Shown here: positions 18,475 through 28,323 of the stretch, piece after piece
Position numbering within the stretch: the first letter of the stretch is position 1
Layout of the letters: the number at the start of each line of letters is the position of its first letter
NCBI GenBank assembly: GCA_038231275.1
Contig: JBBRLQ010000005.1
Span: 288,001-352,000, forward strand
From: Polyangiales bacterium
GTDB taxonomy: Bacteria > Myxococcota_A > Polyangia > Polyangiales > Polyangiaceae
Length of the DNA: 64,000 nt
Direction: 5' to 3'
Program-made: the position numbers and the translations under genes
The notes under the pieces: model-generated
The model's database searches: none
What the model was told of the DNA's origin: nothing
Seen by the model: only the letters and a program-made list of their open reading frames with translations

Positions 18475-19832
18475 CTCCGATGCCGAATTTGCAGGGAAAA
18501 CGCGCAGTGATCGTGGGCCTCGGCACCAGCGGTGTCGCCGCGGCGCGCCTTTGCGTGCGTCGTGGCGCGGAGGTCATCGGGACCGACGCGAAGAAGGAGC
18601 CGCAGGTCGGCGCGGTCGCGTTGGCGCTTCGGAAAGAGGGCGTGACGCTTGCGCTCGGCGGACACGACGGCGTCGATTTCGCCGGAGCCGACCTGATTGT
18701 GATGTCGCCGGGCGTGCCGAGCTTTCCCGCGCTCGAGGCTGCCGAGCGGGCGGGCGTTGAGGTCATCGGTGAGGTCGAACTGTCGGTGCGCGAGCTCGCG
18801 TCGCCGGCGCCGGTCGTCGCGGTCGGCGGCACGAACGGCAAGAGCACCGTGACGTCGCTCGTCGGCGCGATCTTCGAGGGAGCGCAGAAGCGCACCTTCA
18901 CCGGCGGCAACCTCGGCGAGCCGCTCGCCGATCACGTCGACGAGCCGTGGGACGTCGTCGTCCTGGAGGTCTCGAGCTTCCAGATGGAACGCGTCCGCGA
19001 GTTTCGCCCGCGCGCGTCGATCCTCCTCAACGTCACGCCCGATCACCTCGACCGGTATGCGAGCTTCGAGGCGTACGCGCACGCGAAGGGCAACGCCTTC
19101 GCGCGGCAGACGGCGGGCGACGTCGCGATCGCGCCGGTGGGCGACGCGCTGTGCATCGCCGAGGTGCGGCGTGGCGCGGGGCGGCTCGTTACGTTCGGTC
19201 CCGGAGGCGACGTCGACGTGACCGACGCCGAGGTGAAGGACAACGTCTCCGCGACGCGTGCGCGCTACCCGCGTGCGCTCTTCGGCATTCAGGGCGGGCA
19301 CAACGCGCTCAACGTCGCCGCGTCCGTCGCCGCGTGCGCCGACATGGGGGTCCCGTCCGACGTGATCGCGCGCGTCGTCCGTGATTTTCGCGGCCTCCCG
19401 CACCGAATGACCCTCGTCGCCGACGTGCGCGGCGTTCGGTACTATGACGACTCGAAGGGCACCAACGTCGGCGCGAGCGTCACCGCGCTCCTCGGCGTCG
19501 CCGAAAAGAAGGCAGTCCTCATCGCCGGTGGTCGCGACAAGGGGGGCAGCTACGCGCCGCTCGCCCTTGCGCTCGCGAAGCGCGGACGCGCCGCGGTGCT
19601 CATCGGGGAAGCGGCCGAGGCGATCGAAGAGGCGATCGCCGGCGCCGTTCCGGTCCGCCGCGCGTCGTCCCTCGAAGAAGCCGTGCGCGTCTCCGCTTCG
19701 CTCGCGCAGTCGGGCGACGCGGTGCTCCTCTCGCCGGCCTGCTCCAGTTTCGACATGTTCCGCGACTACAAGCACCGCGGAGAAGAGTTCGTTCGCGCCG
19801 TTGGCGAGCTCGCCAAAGGGGTCCCGGGATGA
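18471..19832 (+). CDS. murD: MurD ligase
   Basis: GLGTSG, SPGVP, GTNGKST, EVSSFQ, PDHLDRY, GLPHR, DDSKGTN, LLSPACSSFDMF. Confidence 0.97.
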   Translation: MTPMPNLQGKRAVIVGLGTSGVAAARLCVRRGAEVIGTDAKKEPQVGAVALALRKEGVTLALGGHDGVDFAGADLIVMSPGVPSFPALEAAERAGVEVIGEVELSVRELASPAPVVAVGGTNGKSTVTSLVGAIFEGAQKRTFTGGNLGEPLADHVDEPWDVVVLEVSSFQMERVREFRPRASILLNVTPDHLDRYASFEAYAHAKGNAFARQTAGDVAIAPVGDALCIAEVRRGAGRLVTFGPGGDVDVTDAEVKDNVSATRARYPRALFGIQGGHNALNVAASVAACADMGVPSDVIARVVRDFRGLPHRMTLVADVRGVRYYDDSKGTNVGASVTALLGVAEKKAVLIAGGRDKGGSYAPLALALAKRGRAAVLIGEAAEAIEEAIAGAVPVRRASSLEEAVRVSASLAQSGDAVLLSPACSSFDMFRDYKHRGEEFVRAVGELAKGVPG

Positions 19833-21118
19833 AGCTCGTTCCCGCCAACGTGAAGCGGCGCGCGCCGATCGCCCTCGGCATCACGGCGCCGCTCGACGCC
19901 AAGCCGATTGCGAAGCTCGCGTCCCTCCCCGTCGACCACGTGCTCGCCGCCGTGGTGATCGCGCTCATCGGCTTCGGCGTCGTCATGGTCTACAGCGCGT
20001 CGGCCGTGCAGGCCACGGTGCAGAACCACGACCCGCAGTATTACCTGAAGCGTCAGGCGATCTACGCGGCGCTGTCGCTCCTCGTCGTCCTCGGCCTCAG
20101 CCGCATCGACTACCACCGGCTCTACAAGCTGACCTACCCGGTGCTCATCGGCGTCGCGCTGCTGTCGATCGCGTGCGTCGCGGGCTTCGGTCACGCGGCC
20201 GGCGGCGCGACGCGTTGGATCGCGATCGGCCCGATCCACGTCCAGCCCGCCGAGATGTCGAAGATCGCGCTCGTCGCCTGGCTCGCCTATTCGCTCGCGA
20301 AGAAGGCGGAGCGCGTGAAGACGTTCACCGTCGGCTTCCTGCCGCACCTCCTCGTGGCCAGCGCCTTCATGTTCCTCTGCATGAAGCAGACGGATCTAGG
20401 CAGCGCCGTCATCCTGTTGCTCCTCACGTTCACGCTGCTTTTCGTCGCAGGCGCGAAGGTCGGGTACATCCTCGGCGCGTCGATCCTCGGCGCTGGCTTC
20501 GGCGTGGCGGCGATCATGGCGAAGAGCTTCCGCTACCAGCGGTACCTCGCGTGGCTGGACATGGACGCGCACAAGCAAGACATCGCGTACCAGCCGTTTC
20601 AGTCGGTCATGAGCTTCGGCTCGGGCGGACCGGTCGGCGTCGGCCTCGGGCATGGCCTCCAGACGTTGTACCTGCCGGAGGCGCACACCGACTTCGTCGC
20701 CGCGATCGTCGGCGAGGAGCTGGGATTTCTAGGGATCCTGGCGTTGTGTGGAACCTACATGCTTCTCGTCACGCGCGGAGTTCGTGCGGCGCTGCGGGCG
20801 CCCGACGACTACGGGAGCTACCTCGCGTTCGGCATCTCGACGATGTTCGGCGTGCAAGCGCTCGTAAATCTCGCCGTCGCGCTCGCCATCCTACCGACCA
20901 AGGGCCTCACGCTGCCGTTCCTCAGCTACGGCGGCTCGTCGCTCCTCGTGAACGCCGCGGCGGCGGGGTTGCTGCTCAACGTGTCGCGCCAAGCGCCGCG
21001 CGACGCCGCGTCCGAGCTCGTGACGCCCGAGGCGCCGCCGGTGGAAGAGAAACGACGTCATGCCGCGACGCAGCCCGACGTGACCGAGGGGCTCGACGAG
21101 CCAGAGGTGGCGCCGTGA
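19829..21118 (+). CDS. ftsW: SEDS peptidoglycan polymerase FtsW
   Basis: Multi-TM protein; ATRWI, QPAE, LPEAHTDF, GEELG, PTKGLTLPFLSYGGSS. Confidence 0.96.
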   Translation: MKLVPANVKRRAPIALGITAPLDAKPIAKLASLPVDHVLAAVVIALIGFGVVMVYSASAVQATVQNHDPQYYLKRQAIYAALSLLVVLGLSRIDYHRLYKLTYPVLIGVALLSIACVAGFGHAAGGATRWIAIGPIHVQPAEMSKIALVAWLAYSLAKKAERVKTFTVGFLPHLLVASAFMFLCMKQTDLGSAVILLLLTFTLLFVAGAKVGYILGASILGAGFGVAAIMAKSFRYQRYLAWLDMDAHKQDIAYQPFQSVMSFGSGGPVGVGLGHGLQTLYLPEAHTDFVAAIVGEELGFLGILALCGTYMLLVTRGVRAALRAPDDYGSYLAFGISTMFGVQALVNLAVALAILPTKGLTLPFLSYGGSSLLVNAAAAGLLLNVSRQAPRDAASELVTPEAPPVEEKRRHAATQPDVTEGLDEPEVAP

Positions 21119-22281
21119 CGACCAGCACGATCCTCATCGCCGGCGGCGGGACGGGCGGGCACGTCTTTCCGGGGCTCGCGGTGGCCGACGCGTTACGCGC
21201 GCTCGCCGACGTCGAGGTGGTCTTTTGCGGGACCGCGCGCGGGATCGAGGCGCGCGTCATTCCGGCGCGGGGGTACCGCCTCGAGATCATGGCGGCCGAG
21301 CCGATCAAGGGCGGCGGGCCGGCGCGCGCGGTGAAGGGCGCCGCGATCGCCGCGCGTGAGACGGCGAAGGCGGTGGCGCTCGTTCGGCGCGTGAAGCCGC
21401 GCGCGGTGCTGTCGACCGGCGGGTACGCGGCGGGGCCGGTGTCATTGGCCTCGGCGGCGCTGCGTGTGCCCCTCGCGCTGCTCGAGCCGAACAGCACGAT
21501 CGGCTTCGCGAACAAGGTCCTCGCGCCCCTCGCGGCGCGGGCGTACGTCGCGTGGCCGGAGGTCGGCGCCACCTTCCGCGCGGGTCGCGCGCGAACGTAT
21601 GGCGTGCCGCTCCGCGCCGGGTTCACGCCGCAGCCCTATTCCCCCGGCGCGTCGCGTCGCCTCCTCGTCATGGGCGGTAGCCAGGGCGCGTTGGCGTTGA
21701 ACGAACGCATGCCGTGGGCGGTGAAGACGGCGCTTGCGGCGATCCCCTCACTGGAGGTGCTCCACCAGTCCGGGCGCGATCGCGACGGCGCGGTGCGCGA
21801 CGCGTACGCACACCACGGCGTCGCAGGCGCGACCGTCGTCCCGTTCCTCGACGACATCGCTGCCGAGCTCGCGCGCGCAGACCTCGTCGTGGCGCGCGCG
21901 GGCGCGGTCACGGTCGCCGAGATCGCCGCGATCGGCCGGCCCGCGGTCTTCGTCCCGTTCCCGCACGCCGCCGACGATCACCAGTTCAAGAACGCGCGAG
22001 CCCTCGCCGACGTGGGCGGCGCGGTGTGCATCCGCCAGGAGGCCGCCGACGACGCGCGCCTCGCCCGCGAGATCATGCATCTGTTCGGAGACGACACGGC
22101 GCGTACGCGCATGGCCGACGCCTCGCGCGCGCATGGCAAGCCCACCGCGTCGTATGACATCGCGCGCGATCTCCTCGAGCTCGCCGGCATCCCCGCGCGC
22201 CCCACCAACGGCGGCGGCGGTCGGCACAAGAACGGCGCCTCGGGCACCTCGCGCGATCGCCACTCCGCGGAGGCCCGCTGA
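21115..22281 (+). CDS. murG: MurG glycosyltransferase
   Basis: [39 protein letters not shown]. Confidence 0.96.
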   Translation: MTTSTILIAGGGTGGHVFPGLAVADALRALADVEVVFCGTARGIEARVIPARGYRLEIMAAEPIKGGGPARAVKGAAIAARETAKAVALVRRVKPRAVLSTGGYAAGPVSLASAALRVPLALLEPNSTIGFANKVLAPLAARAYVAWPEVGATFRAGRARTYGVPLRAGFTPQPYSPGASRRLLVMGGSQGALALNERMPWAVKTALAAIPSLEVLHQSGRDRDGAVRDAYAHHGVAGATVVPFLDDIAAELARADLVVARAGAVTVAEIAAIGRPAVFVPFPHAADDHQFKNARALADVGGAVCIRQEAADDARLAREIMHLFGDDTARTRMADASRAHGKPTASYDIARDLLELAGIPARPTNGGGGRHKNGASGTSRDRHSAEAR

Positions 22282-23693
22282 TGTTCCGCGGACGCGTTCG
22301 TCACATCCACTTCGTCGGCGTCGGCGGCATCGGAATGAGCGGCCTCGCCGAGATCCTCCGTACGCTCGAGTTCGACGTTTCCGGCTCCGATTTGAAGCCG
22401 AACGACATCACGCGCCGCCTCGAGACGATGGGCGTGCGCGTCGACGTCGGGCATCGCGCCGAGAACGTCACCGGCTCCGACGTCGTCGTCTACTCGAGCG
22501 CCATCGCCAAGAACAACCCGGAGATGGTCCGCGCCCGCGCGCTCGAAATCCCCATTATTTCCCGCGCAGAAATGCTCGCTGAGCTAATGCGTGTAAAATA
22601 CACGGTCGCGATCGCTGGCTCTCACGGCAAGACGACGACGACCTCGATCGTCTCCACCGTGCTCCGCGCCGCCGGCCTCGACCCGACCGTGGTCGTGGGC
22701 GGCAAGGTCAACGCGCTCGGCTCCAACGCGCGCCTCGGCGCCGGCGATCTGTTCGTCGCGGAGGCCGACGAGAGCGACGGCTCGTTCTTGAAGCTCACGC
22801 CGACGATCGCCGTCATCACGAACATCGACGCCGAGCACCTGGATTTTTACGGCACGCACGACGCCGTGAAGGACGCGTTCGTGCAGTTCGCCAACAAGAT
22901 TCCGTTCTACGGCCTCGGCGTCCTCTGCCTCGATCACCCGCACGTGCAAGAGATCCTGCCGAAGCTCGAGCGACGCCACGTCACCTACGGCGTGTCGCGC
23001 CAGGCCGACTACCGCGCGAAGAACCCGCGCTACGAAGGTCTCGAGACGCGCTTCGATGCGTTCCGGCGGAGCGAGCCGCTCGGCGAGTTCGTCGTGAAGA
23101 TGCCCGGCGACCACAACGTCCTCAACGCGCTCGCGGTCATCGCCGTCGCCGACGAGCTCGAGATCCCGCTCAACGTGACGCGCGACGCGATCGGATCCTT
23201 CCATGGGGTGCAGCGGCGCTTCACCGTCGTCGGTCAGCCGACCTTCACGAAGAACGGCAAGACCGGCGACGTGATGATCATCGACGACTACGGTCACCAC
23301 CCCGCCGAGGTCGAGGCGACGCTCGACGCGGCGCAACGCGGCTTCGATCGGCGCGTCGTCGTCGCGTTCCAGCCGCACCGCTACACGCGCACGCAGTCGC
23401 TCTTCCCCGAGTTTTTGCGCGCCTTCAACAAAGCCGACGTCCTCGTCGTGACCGAGGTGTATCCGGCCGGCGAAGCGCCGATCCCGGGCGCCACTGGCGA
23501 GGCGCTCGCGCAAGGGATCCGCGCGCACGGCCACCACGCGGTGACCTACGTGCAGGACAAGAAGAATGTCATCGACGCGCTGCTCGAGATCGTCGAGCCG
23601 GGCGACATCGTCATCGCGCTCGGCGCCGGCGACATCAATGCGAGCGCGCGCGAGCTCGCCGCCGCGCTCGCAAAGAAAGCAGGAGCGCCGTGA
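22281..23693 (+). CDS. murC: MurC ligase
   Basis: [52 protein letters not shown]. Confidence 0.97.
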   Translation: MFRGRVRHIHFVGVGGIGMSGLAEILRTLEFDVSGSDLKPNDITRRLETMGVRVDVGHRAENVTGSDVVVYSSAIAKNNPEMVRARALEIPIISRAEMLAELMRVKYTVAIAGSHGKTTTTSIVSTVLRAAGLDPTVVVGGKVNALGSNARLGAGDLFVAEADESDGSFLKLTPTIAVITNIDAEHLDFYGTHDAVKDAFVQFANKIPFYGLGVLCLDHPHVQEILPKLERRHVTYGVSRQADYRAKNPRYEGLETRFDAFRRSEPLGEFVVKMPGDHNVLNALAVIAVADELEIPLNVTRDAIGSFHGVQRRFTVVGQPTFTKNGKTGDVMIIDDYGHHPAEVEATLDAAQRGFDRRVVVAFQPHRYTRTQSLFPEFLRAFNKADVLVVTEVYPAGEAPIPGATGEALAQGIRAHGHHAVTYVQDKKNVIDALLEIVEPGDIVIALGAGDINASARELAAALAKKAGAP

Positions 23694-24577
23694 GGCCGGT
23701 CCCGTCGAACCGAAAGCGCGCGAAGGACGCGCCGCTCCCCGACGTCCTCGACCTCGGCGAGTCGTGCGTCGGCAACGACCCCGAGGCGCCGCCGTCGCCC
23801 GTCGCGCCCGCGAAGGCCGCGCGTGCGTCGCGCGTGATGAACGTCGTGCGCACGGTCATGGGCGTCGTCCTCGTGGTCGCCGTCAGCGGCACGGTCGCGT
23901 GGGGCGCGCGCAAATACGTGAAGACGAGCCCGCGCTTCGCGGTGAACGAGATCGTCGTAAGCGGCGGCCATTTCCGCAGCGCCGATCAGATCATGGACAC
24001 GGCCAACGTGCGTCGCGGCGCCAATGTCTTCGGGCTCGACCTCGAGGCGTCGCGCCAGCGCCTCCTCCAGGACCCGTGGATCCACGAAGCCGAGCTCGGA
24101 CGAAGGCTGCCGGGGACGATCTCGATCCAGATCAAAGAGCGCGAGGCGGCCGCGATCGCCGCGCTCGGAGACAGCTACCTCGTCGCGCGGGACGGCGAGA
24201 TCTTCAAGCGCCTCGAGGGCGGCGATCCGGTCGATCTCCCCGTCATCACCGGCCTCACGTCGGAGGGCATCGCCGAGGATCGCGAGGGCGTGAAGCACAC
24301 GCTCCGCCGCGCGATCGATCTCGCCGAGGACTACGATCGTGGACCGCTCGGCGCCAAGCAGCAGCTCCAGGAGGTCCACGTCGCCGCCGACGGCGCGATC
24401 ACGCTGATCGTCGGAAAAAACGGCCTCCAGCTCGCGCTCGGCGAGCCGCCATACCGCAAGAAAATCGACCAGGCGGCGCGCGTCGTCGCCGAGCTCGAGC
24501 GTCGCGGCTCCAAGGCGGACGCCATCCTTCTCGACAACGAAGCGCGCCCCGAGCGCGTGGTCGTGAGGGTGCGATGA
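23690..24577 (+). CDS. ftsQ: Cell division protein FtsQ
   Basis: One TM, POTRA-like region ([10 protein letters not shown]...[24 protein letters not shown]), DLPVITG; lies between murC and ftsA. Confidence 0.9.
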   Translation: MRPVPSNRKRAKDAPLPDVLDLGESCVGNDPEAPPSPVAPAKAARASRVMNVVRTVMGVVLVVAVSGTVAWGARKYVKTSPRFAVNEIVVSGGHFRSADQIMDTANVRRGANVFGLDLEASRQRLLQDPWIHEAELGRRLPGTISIQIKEREAAAIAALGDSYLVARDGEIFKRLEGGDPVDLPVITGLTSEGIAEDREGVKHTLRRAIDLAEDYDRGPLGAKQQLQEVHVAADGAITLIVGKNGLQLALGEPPYRKKIDQAARVVAELERRGSKADAILLDNEARPERVVVRVR

Positions 24578-24626
24578 GCGACGAGAATTTGGCCCGAAAC
24601 CAACCAGCATGCGATGCGGGAGAGGG

Positions 24627-25931
24627 ATGACTACCGCATCTACTCACGGGGAAATCGTCGTTGGTCTCGACATCGGGACCACCAAGGTGTGCGCCGTCGT
24701 CGGCGAGATCGCCGAGGACGGGATCACCATCCTCGGGGTGGGCACGGTGCCGTGCCGCGGCCTCCGCAAAGGCATCGTTTCGAACATCGACTGGACCGTC
24801 CGGGCGATCAAGGAAGCCATCGAGAGCGCGCAGACGATGGCGGGCGTCGAGATTCGCACCGTGTACGCCGGCGTCGCAGGCAGCCACATCCGCTCGCAAG
24901 GGTCCGACGGCGTCGCCGCGATCGCGGGCGGCGAGGTCACCCGCGCCGACGTCGAGCGCGTCCTCGAGGGGGCCCGCGCCATCCCGGTCGACGCCGATCG
25001 CCAGATCCTCCACGTGCTCCCCCGCGAGTACGTCGTCGACGCGCAGGACGGCATCCGCGACCCCATCGGGATGAGCGGCGTCCGCCTCGGCACGAAGGTC
25101 AACCTTGTCACCGCCGCCACGAGCTGCGTGCAGAACGTCATCCGCTGCGCCGAGCGCTGCGGCCTCACCGTCGCCGACGTCGTGCTCGAGCCGCTCGCGA
25201 GCGCCGAGGCGGTCCTCTCCGACGACGAGAAAGAGATCGGCGCCGCGGTCATCGACATCGGCGGCGGCACGACCGACATCATCCTCTACGTCGACGGCGG
25301 CATCGCGCACACCAGCGTCATCCCGGTCGGCGGCAACAACATCACGAACGACATCGCCGCCGGCCTCCGCACCCCGATGGCCGAGGCCGATCGCCTGAAG
25401 CGCCTGTCGGGCTGCGCGCTCGGCCGCATGATCGGCGACGAGGAAGAGATCGAGGTCCCCGGCGTCGGTGGCCACCAGCCCCGCCGCTGTCCGCGCCGCG
25501 TCCTCTCCGACATCATCGAGCCGCGCGCCGAGGAGATCTTCGCGGTCATCCGCAAGCGCATCGAGGACACGGGCCTGCTCGAGCAGCTCTCGGCCGGCGC
25601 GATCCTCACGGGCGGCGCGGTCCTCCTCGAAGGCATGCCGGAGTTCGCCGAGGAGATCCTCGGGATGCCGGTGCGCATCGGCTTCCCGACCGGCGTGAGG
25701 GGCATCACTCAGCTCGTTCACGGCCCCCAGTACGCCACCGGCGTCGGGCTCGTGAAATACGGCGCCCAGGCGATGGCCGAGGCCGCAGCGAAGGCTGCTG
25801 CCCCGCCCGCCCAGTCGCTCACCCGCCAGCGCGTCCACGGCGCGGCCGAACCGACTAGCCCTGGTACCGGAGCGAGCGCCGACCCCAAGCGGCAGTCTGG
25901 TTTCTGGGAATGGATCAAGCAGGCATTTTGA
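24627..25931 (+). CDS. ftsA: Cell division protein FtsA
   Basis: GLDIGTTKV, DPIGMSG, IDIGGGTTD, GGNNITNDI, LTGG, YATGVGL, C-terminal amphipathic FWEWIKQAF. Confidence 0.97.
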   Translation: MTTASTHGEIVVGLDIGTTKVCAVVGEIAEDGITILGVGTVPCRGLRKGIVSNIDWTVRAIKEAIESAQTMAGVEIRTVYAGVAGSHIRSQGSDGVAAIAGGEVTRADVERVLEGARAIPVDADRQILHVLPREYVVDAQDGIRDPIGMSGVRLGTKVNLVTAATSCVQNVIRCAERCGLTVADVVLEPLASAEAVLSDDEKEIGAAVIDIGGGTTDIILYVDGGIAHTSVIPVGGNNITNDIAAGLRTPMAEADRLKRLSGCALGRMIGDEEEIEVPGVGGHQPRRCPRRVLSDIIEPRAEEIFAVIRKRIEDTGLLEQLSAGAILTGGAVLLEGMPEFAEEILGMPVRIGFPTGVRGITQLVHGPQYATGVGLVKYGAQAMAEAAAKAAAPPAQSLTRQRVHGAAEPTSPGTGASADPKRQSGFWEWIKQAF

Positions 25932-26102
25932 ACTGGTACTTGTTACTTAACTTGCATTAAGATCGTCACAATTTCGCGGCTCAAGAAGGCACGGTTCACT
26001 GGGAGAGGCGCCCAAGAATCGTGTTTGAGCAAAGGCAGCTCGGTCAACAGCTGCCCCTAGAGATGCGTAGGGGATCACGAGGTCCCCGGCCCGGGAGGCA
26101 CC

Positions 26103-27410
26103 ATGAGTTTTTCCATCGAGTTCGCGGACGAGCAGCAGGAGTACCAGGCGAGGATCAAGGTCATCGGCTGTGGAGGCTCCGGCGGTAACGCCGTCAACAC
26201 GATGATCAACTTCGGCCTCGAAGGGGTCGAGTTCATCGTCGTGAACACCGACGCGCAGGCCCTGAACAGCAACTGCGCGCCGACCAAGCTTCCCATCGGC
26301 TCCACCGTCACGAAGGGCCTCGGCGCAGGCGCCGATCCCGAGCGCGGTCGCAAGGCGGCGCTCGAAGACGTGCAGCGCATCAAGGAGCTCATCCACGGCG
26401 CCGACATGGTCTTCGTGACCGCCGGCATGGGCGGTGGCACCGGCACCGGGGCGGCCCCGATCATCGCGCAGATCGCGCGTGAAGAGGGTGCGCTGACCGT
26501 CGGCGTCGTGACCAAGCCCTTCCTCTTCGAGGGTCGCCAGCGCGCCCGCCGCGCGGAGATCGGCCTCGCCCAGCTGGCCGAGCAGGTCGACACGTTGATC
26601 ACGATTCCGAACCAGAAGCTCCTCCTCCTCGGCGACGAAGACCTGAGCTTTATCGATGCCTTTCGTAAGGCAGATGAAGTGCTGTATCAAGCAGTGAAAG
26701 GCATCAGCGATCTGATCACGCAAAACGGCATCGTCAATGTCGATTTCGCCGATGTGAAGACGGTGATGAGCAACATGGGCCGGGCGCTCATGGGCACCGG
26801 CATCGCCAAGGGAGCGAGCCGCGCGCGCATGGCCGCCGAGATGGCGGTCGCGTCGCCGCTGCTCGACGAGATCTCGGTCGAGGGGGCCACGGGCGTCCTC
26901 ATCAACATCGTCGGCGGTCCCGACCTCAAGATGCGCGAAATCCAGGAGGCGGCCAGCCTCGTCCAGGAGCAGGCGCACGAGGACGCGAACATCATCTTCG
27001 GCGCGAGCATCGACGAGACGCTCGGCGAGAACATCAAGGTCACCGTCATCGCGACCGGCTTCGACTCGGTCGAGAAGATGATCCCGATCGAGCACGCCCG
27101 CGCGGTGTCCTCGTCGATGGCGTCGCAGACGGTGCCGTCGCAGTCGGTGCCGCAGCAGTCGGGCTACATGCGCCCGGCGGTCCGCGAGTCGATGGTGCCG
27201 CAGGTCAACACCCGTCGCGCGCAGCACGTCCATGACGCGCGCACCCAGGCGGCCCCGCCGTCGCAGGGGCGTCTTCCGATCGGCAGCTCGCGCGGAGAGG
27301 AGCGCGCTGCCACCTCGACGCGCTCCGGCATGGTCGATCGTACGTCGCAGTCGGGGTTCCCGAACGACGTCGACTGGGACGTGCCCGCGTTCCAGCGCAA
27401 AGGGCAGTAA
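26103..27410 (+). CDS. ftsZ: Cell division protein FtsZ
   Basis: GGNAVN, NTDAQAL, GMGGGTGTG, NVDFAD, VTVIATGF, C-terminal DVPAFQRK; GGAGG RBS. Confidence 0.99.
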   Translation: MSFSIEFADEQQEYQARIKVIGCGGSGGNAVNTMINFGLEGVEFIVVNTDAQALNSNCAPTKLPIGSTVTKGLGAGADPERGRKAALEDVQRIKELIHGADMVFVTAGMGGGTGTGAAPIIAQIAREEGALTVGVVTKPFLFEGRQRARRAEIGLAQLAEQVDTLITIPNQKLLLLGDEDLSFIDAFRKADEVLYQAVKGISDLITQNGIVNVDFADVKTVMSNMGRALMGTGIAKGASRARMAAEMAVASPLLDEISVEGATGVLINIVGGPDLKMREIQEAASLVQEQAHEDANIIFGASIDETLGENIKVTVIATGFDSVEKMIPIEHARAVSSSMASQTVPSQSVPQQSGYMRPAVRESMVPQVNTRRAQHVHDARTQAAPPSQGRLPIGSSRGEERAATSTRSGMVDRTSQSGFPNDVDWDVPAFQRKGQ

Positions 27411-27423
27411 GCACCCGACCGGC

Positions 27424-28317
27424 ATGCGCGCGGCCTTCGCCTCCACGGTCGCCGCGGCCTGCCTCTCTTCGTGCCTCGCCTTCTGTCTTGCCTCGTGTCA
27501 CCCGCCCGATCCGATGCCTCCGAAACCCCCGCATGCCGGCGACACGCGCGCCGCGGCGGGGGTTTTGCTCGTCGATCTCTCGTGGCAAGAAGCGGAGCGC
27601 GTCCTCGGCCCCGACACGGTCGTCGTCATCCCCATCGGCGCCGCGTCGAAGGAGCACGGGCCGCACCTCAAGCTGTCGAACGACTTCGTGATGGCGGAGT
27701 ACTTGAAGGGCCGCGTGGCGCGTGACGCGAAGGTCGTCGTGGCGCCGACGGTGCCGTACCACTTCTATCCCGCGTTCGTGAACTACCCGGGCTCGACGAC
27801 GCTGCGCCTCGAGACGGCGCGCGATCTGATGATCGACGTGGTGAGGAGCCTCGCGAAACACGGCCCTCGTCGCTTCTACGCGCTCAATACGGGCGTCTCC
27901 ACCGTTCGCGCCCTGGCGCCCACGCAGGAAGCCCTGGCGAAGGAGGGGATCCTGTTTCGCTATACGAACCTCCTCGACGCGCTGGGGCCGCTGGAGAAGC
28001 AGGTCAGCCAGCAAGCGCGGGGAACGCACGCCGACGAGATCGAGACGTCGATGATGCTCTACATCGCGCCCGAGACGGTCGACATGACGAAGGCGGTCAA
28101 AGACGACAGTCCCGATTCGCCGGAGCGTAAAGGGCCGCTCGTGCGCAGACCCGACGAGCAAGGCTTGTATTCGCCGACGGGGACCTGGGGCGATCCGACG
28201 CTCGCGACGCGCGCGAAAGGAGAGAAGGTGACCGAGGGTCTCGTCGCAGCGCTCCTCCGCGACGTCGAGCTCACGCGCACGCTGCCATTGCCGGCGCCAG
28301 CGTCTCCCACGCCGTGA
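27424..28317 (+). CDS. Creatininase-family amidohydrolase with lipoprotein-like N-terminus
   Basis: IPIGAASKEHGPHL...D, YPGST, THADEIETS, TGTWGDP...ATRAKGE; N-terminus ...CLAFCLASC. Confidence 0.88.
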   Translation: MRAAFASTVAAACLSSCLAFCLASCHPPDPMPPKPPHAGDTRAAAGVLLVDLSWQEAERVLGPDTVVVIPIGAASKEHGPHLKLSNDFVMAEYLKGRVARDAKVVVAPTVPYHFYPAFVNYPGSTTLRLETARDLMIDVVRSLAKHGPRRFYALNTGVSTVRALAPTQEALAKEGILFRYTNLLDALGPLEKQVSQQARGTHADEIETSMMLYIAPETVDMTKAVKDDSPDSPERKGPLVRRPDEQGLYSPTGTWGDPTLATRAKGEKVTEGLVAALLRDVELTRTLPLPAPASPTP

Positions 28318-28323
28318 GCTCCG

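Noticed and set aside
25986-26004. sigma54 promoter upstream of ftsZ (AAGGCACGGTTCACTGG)
   Set aside because: The -24 element looks plausible but the required GC at -12 is missing.
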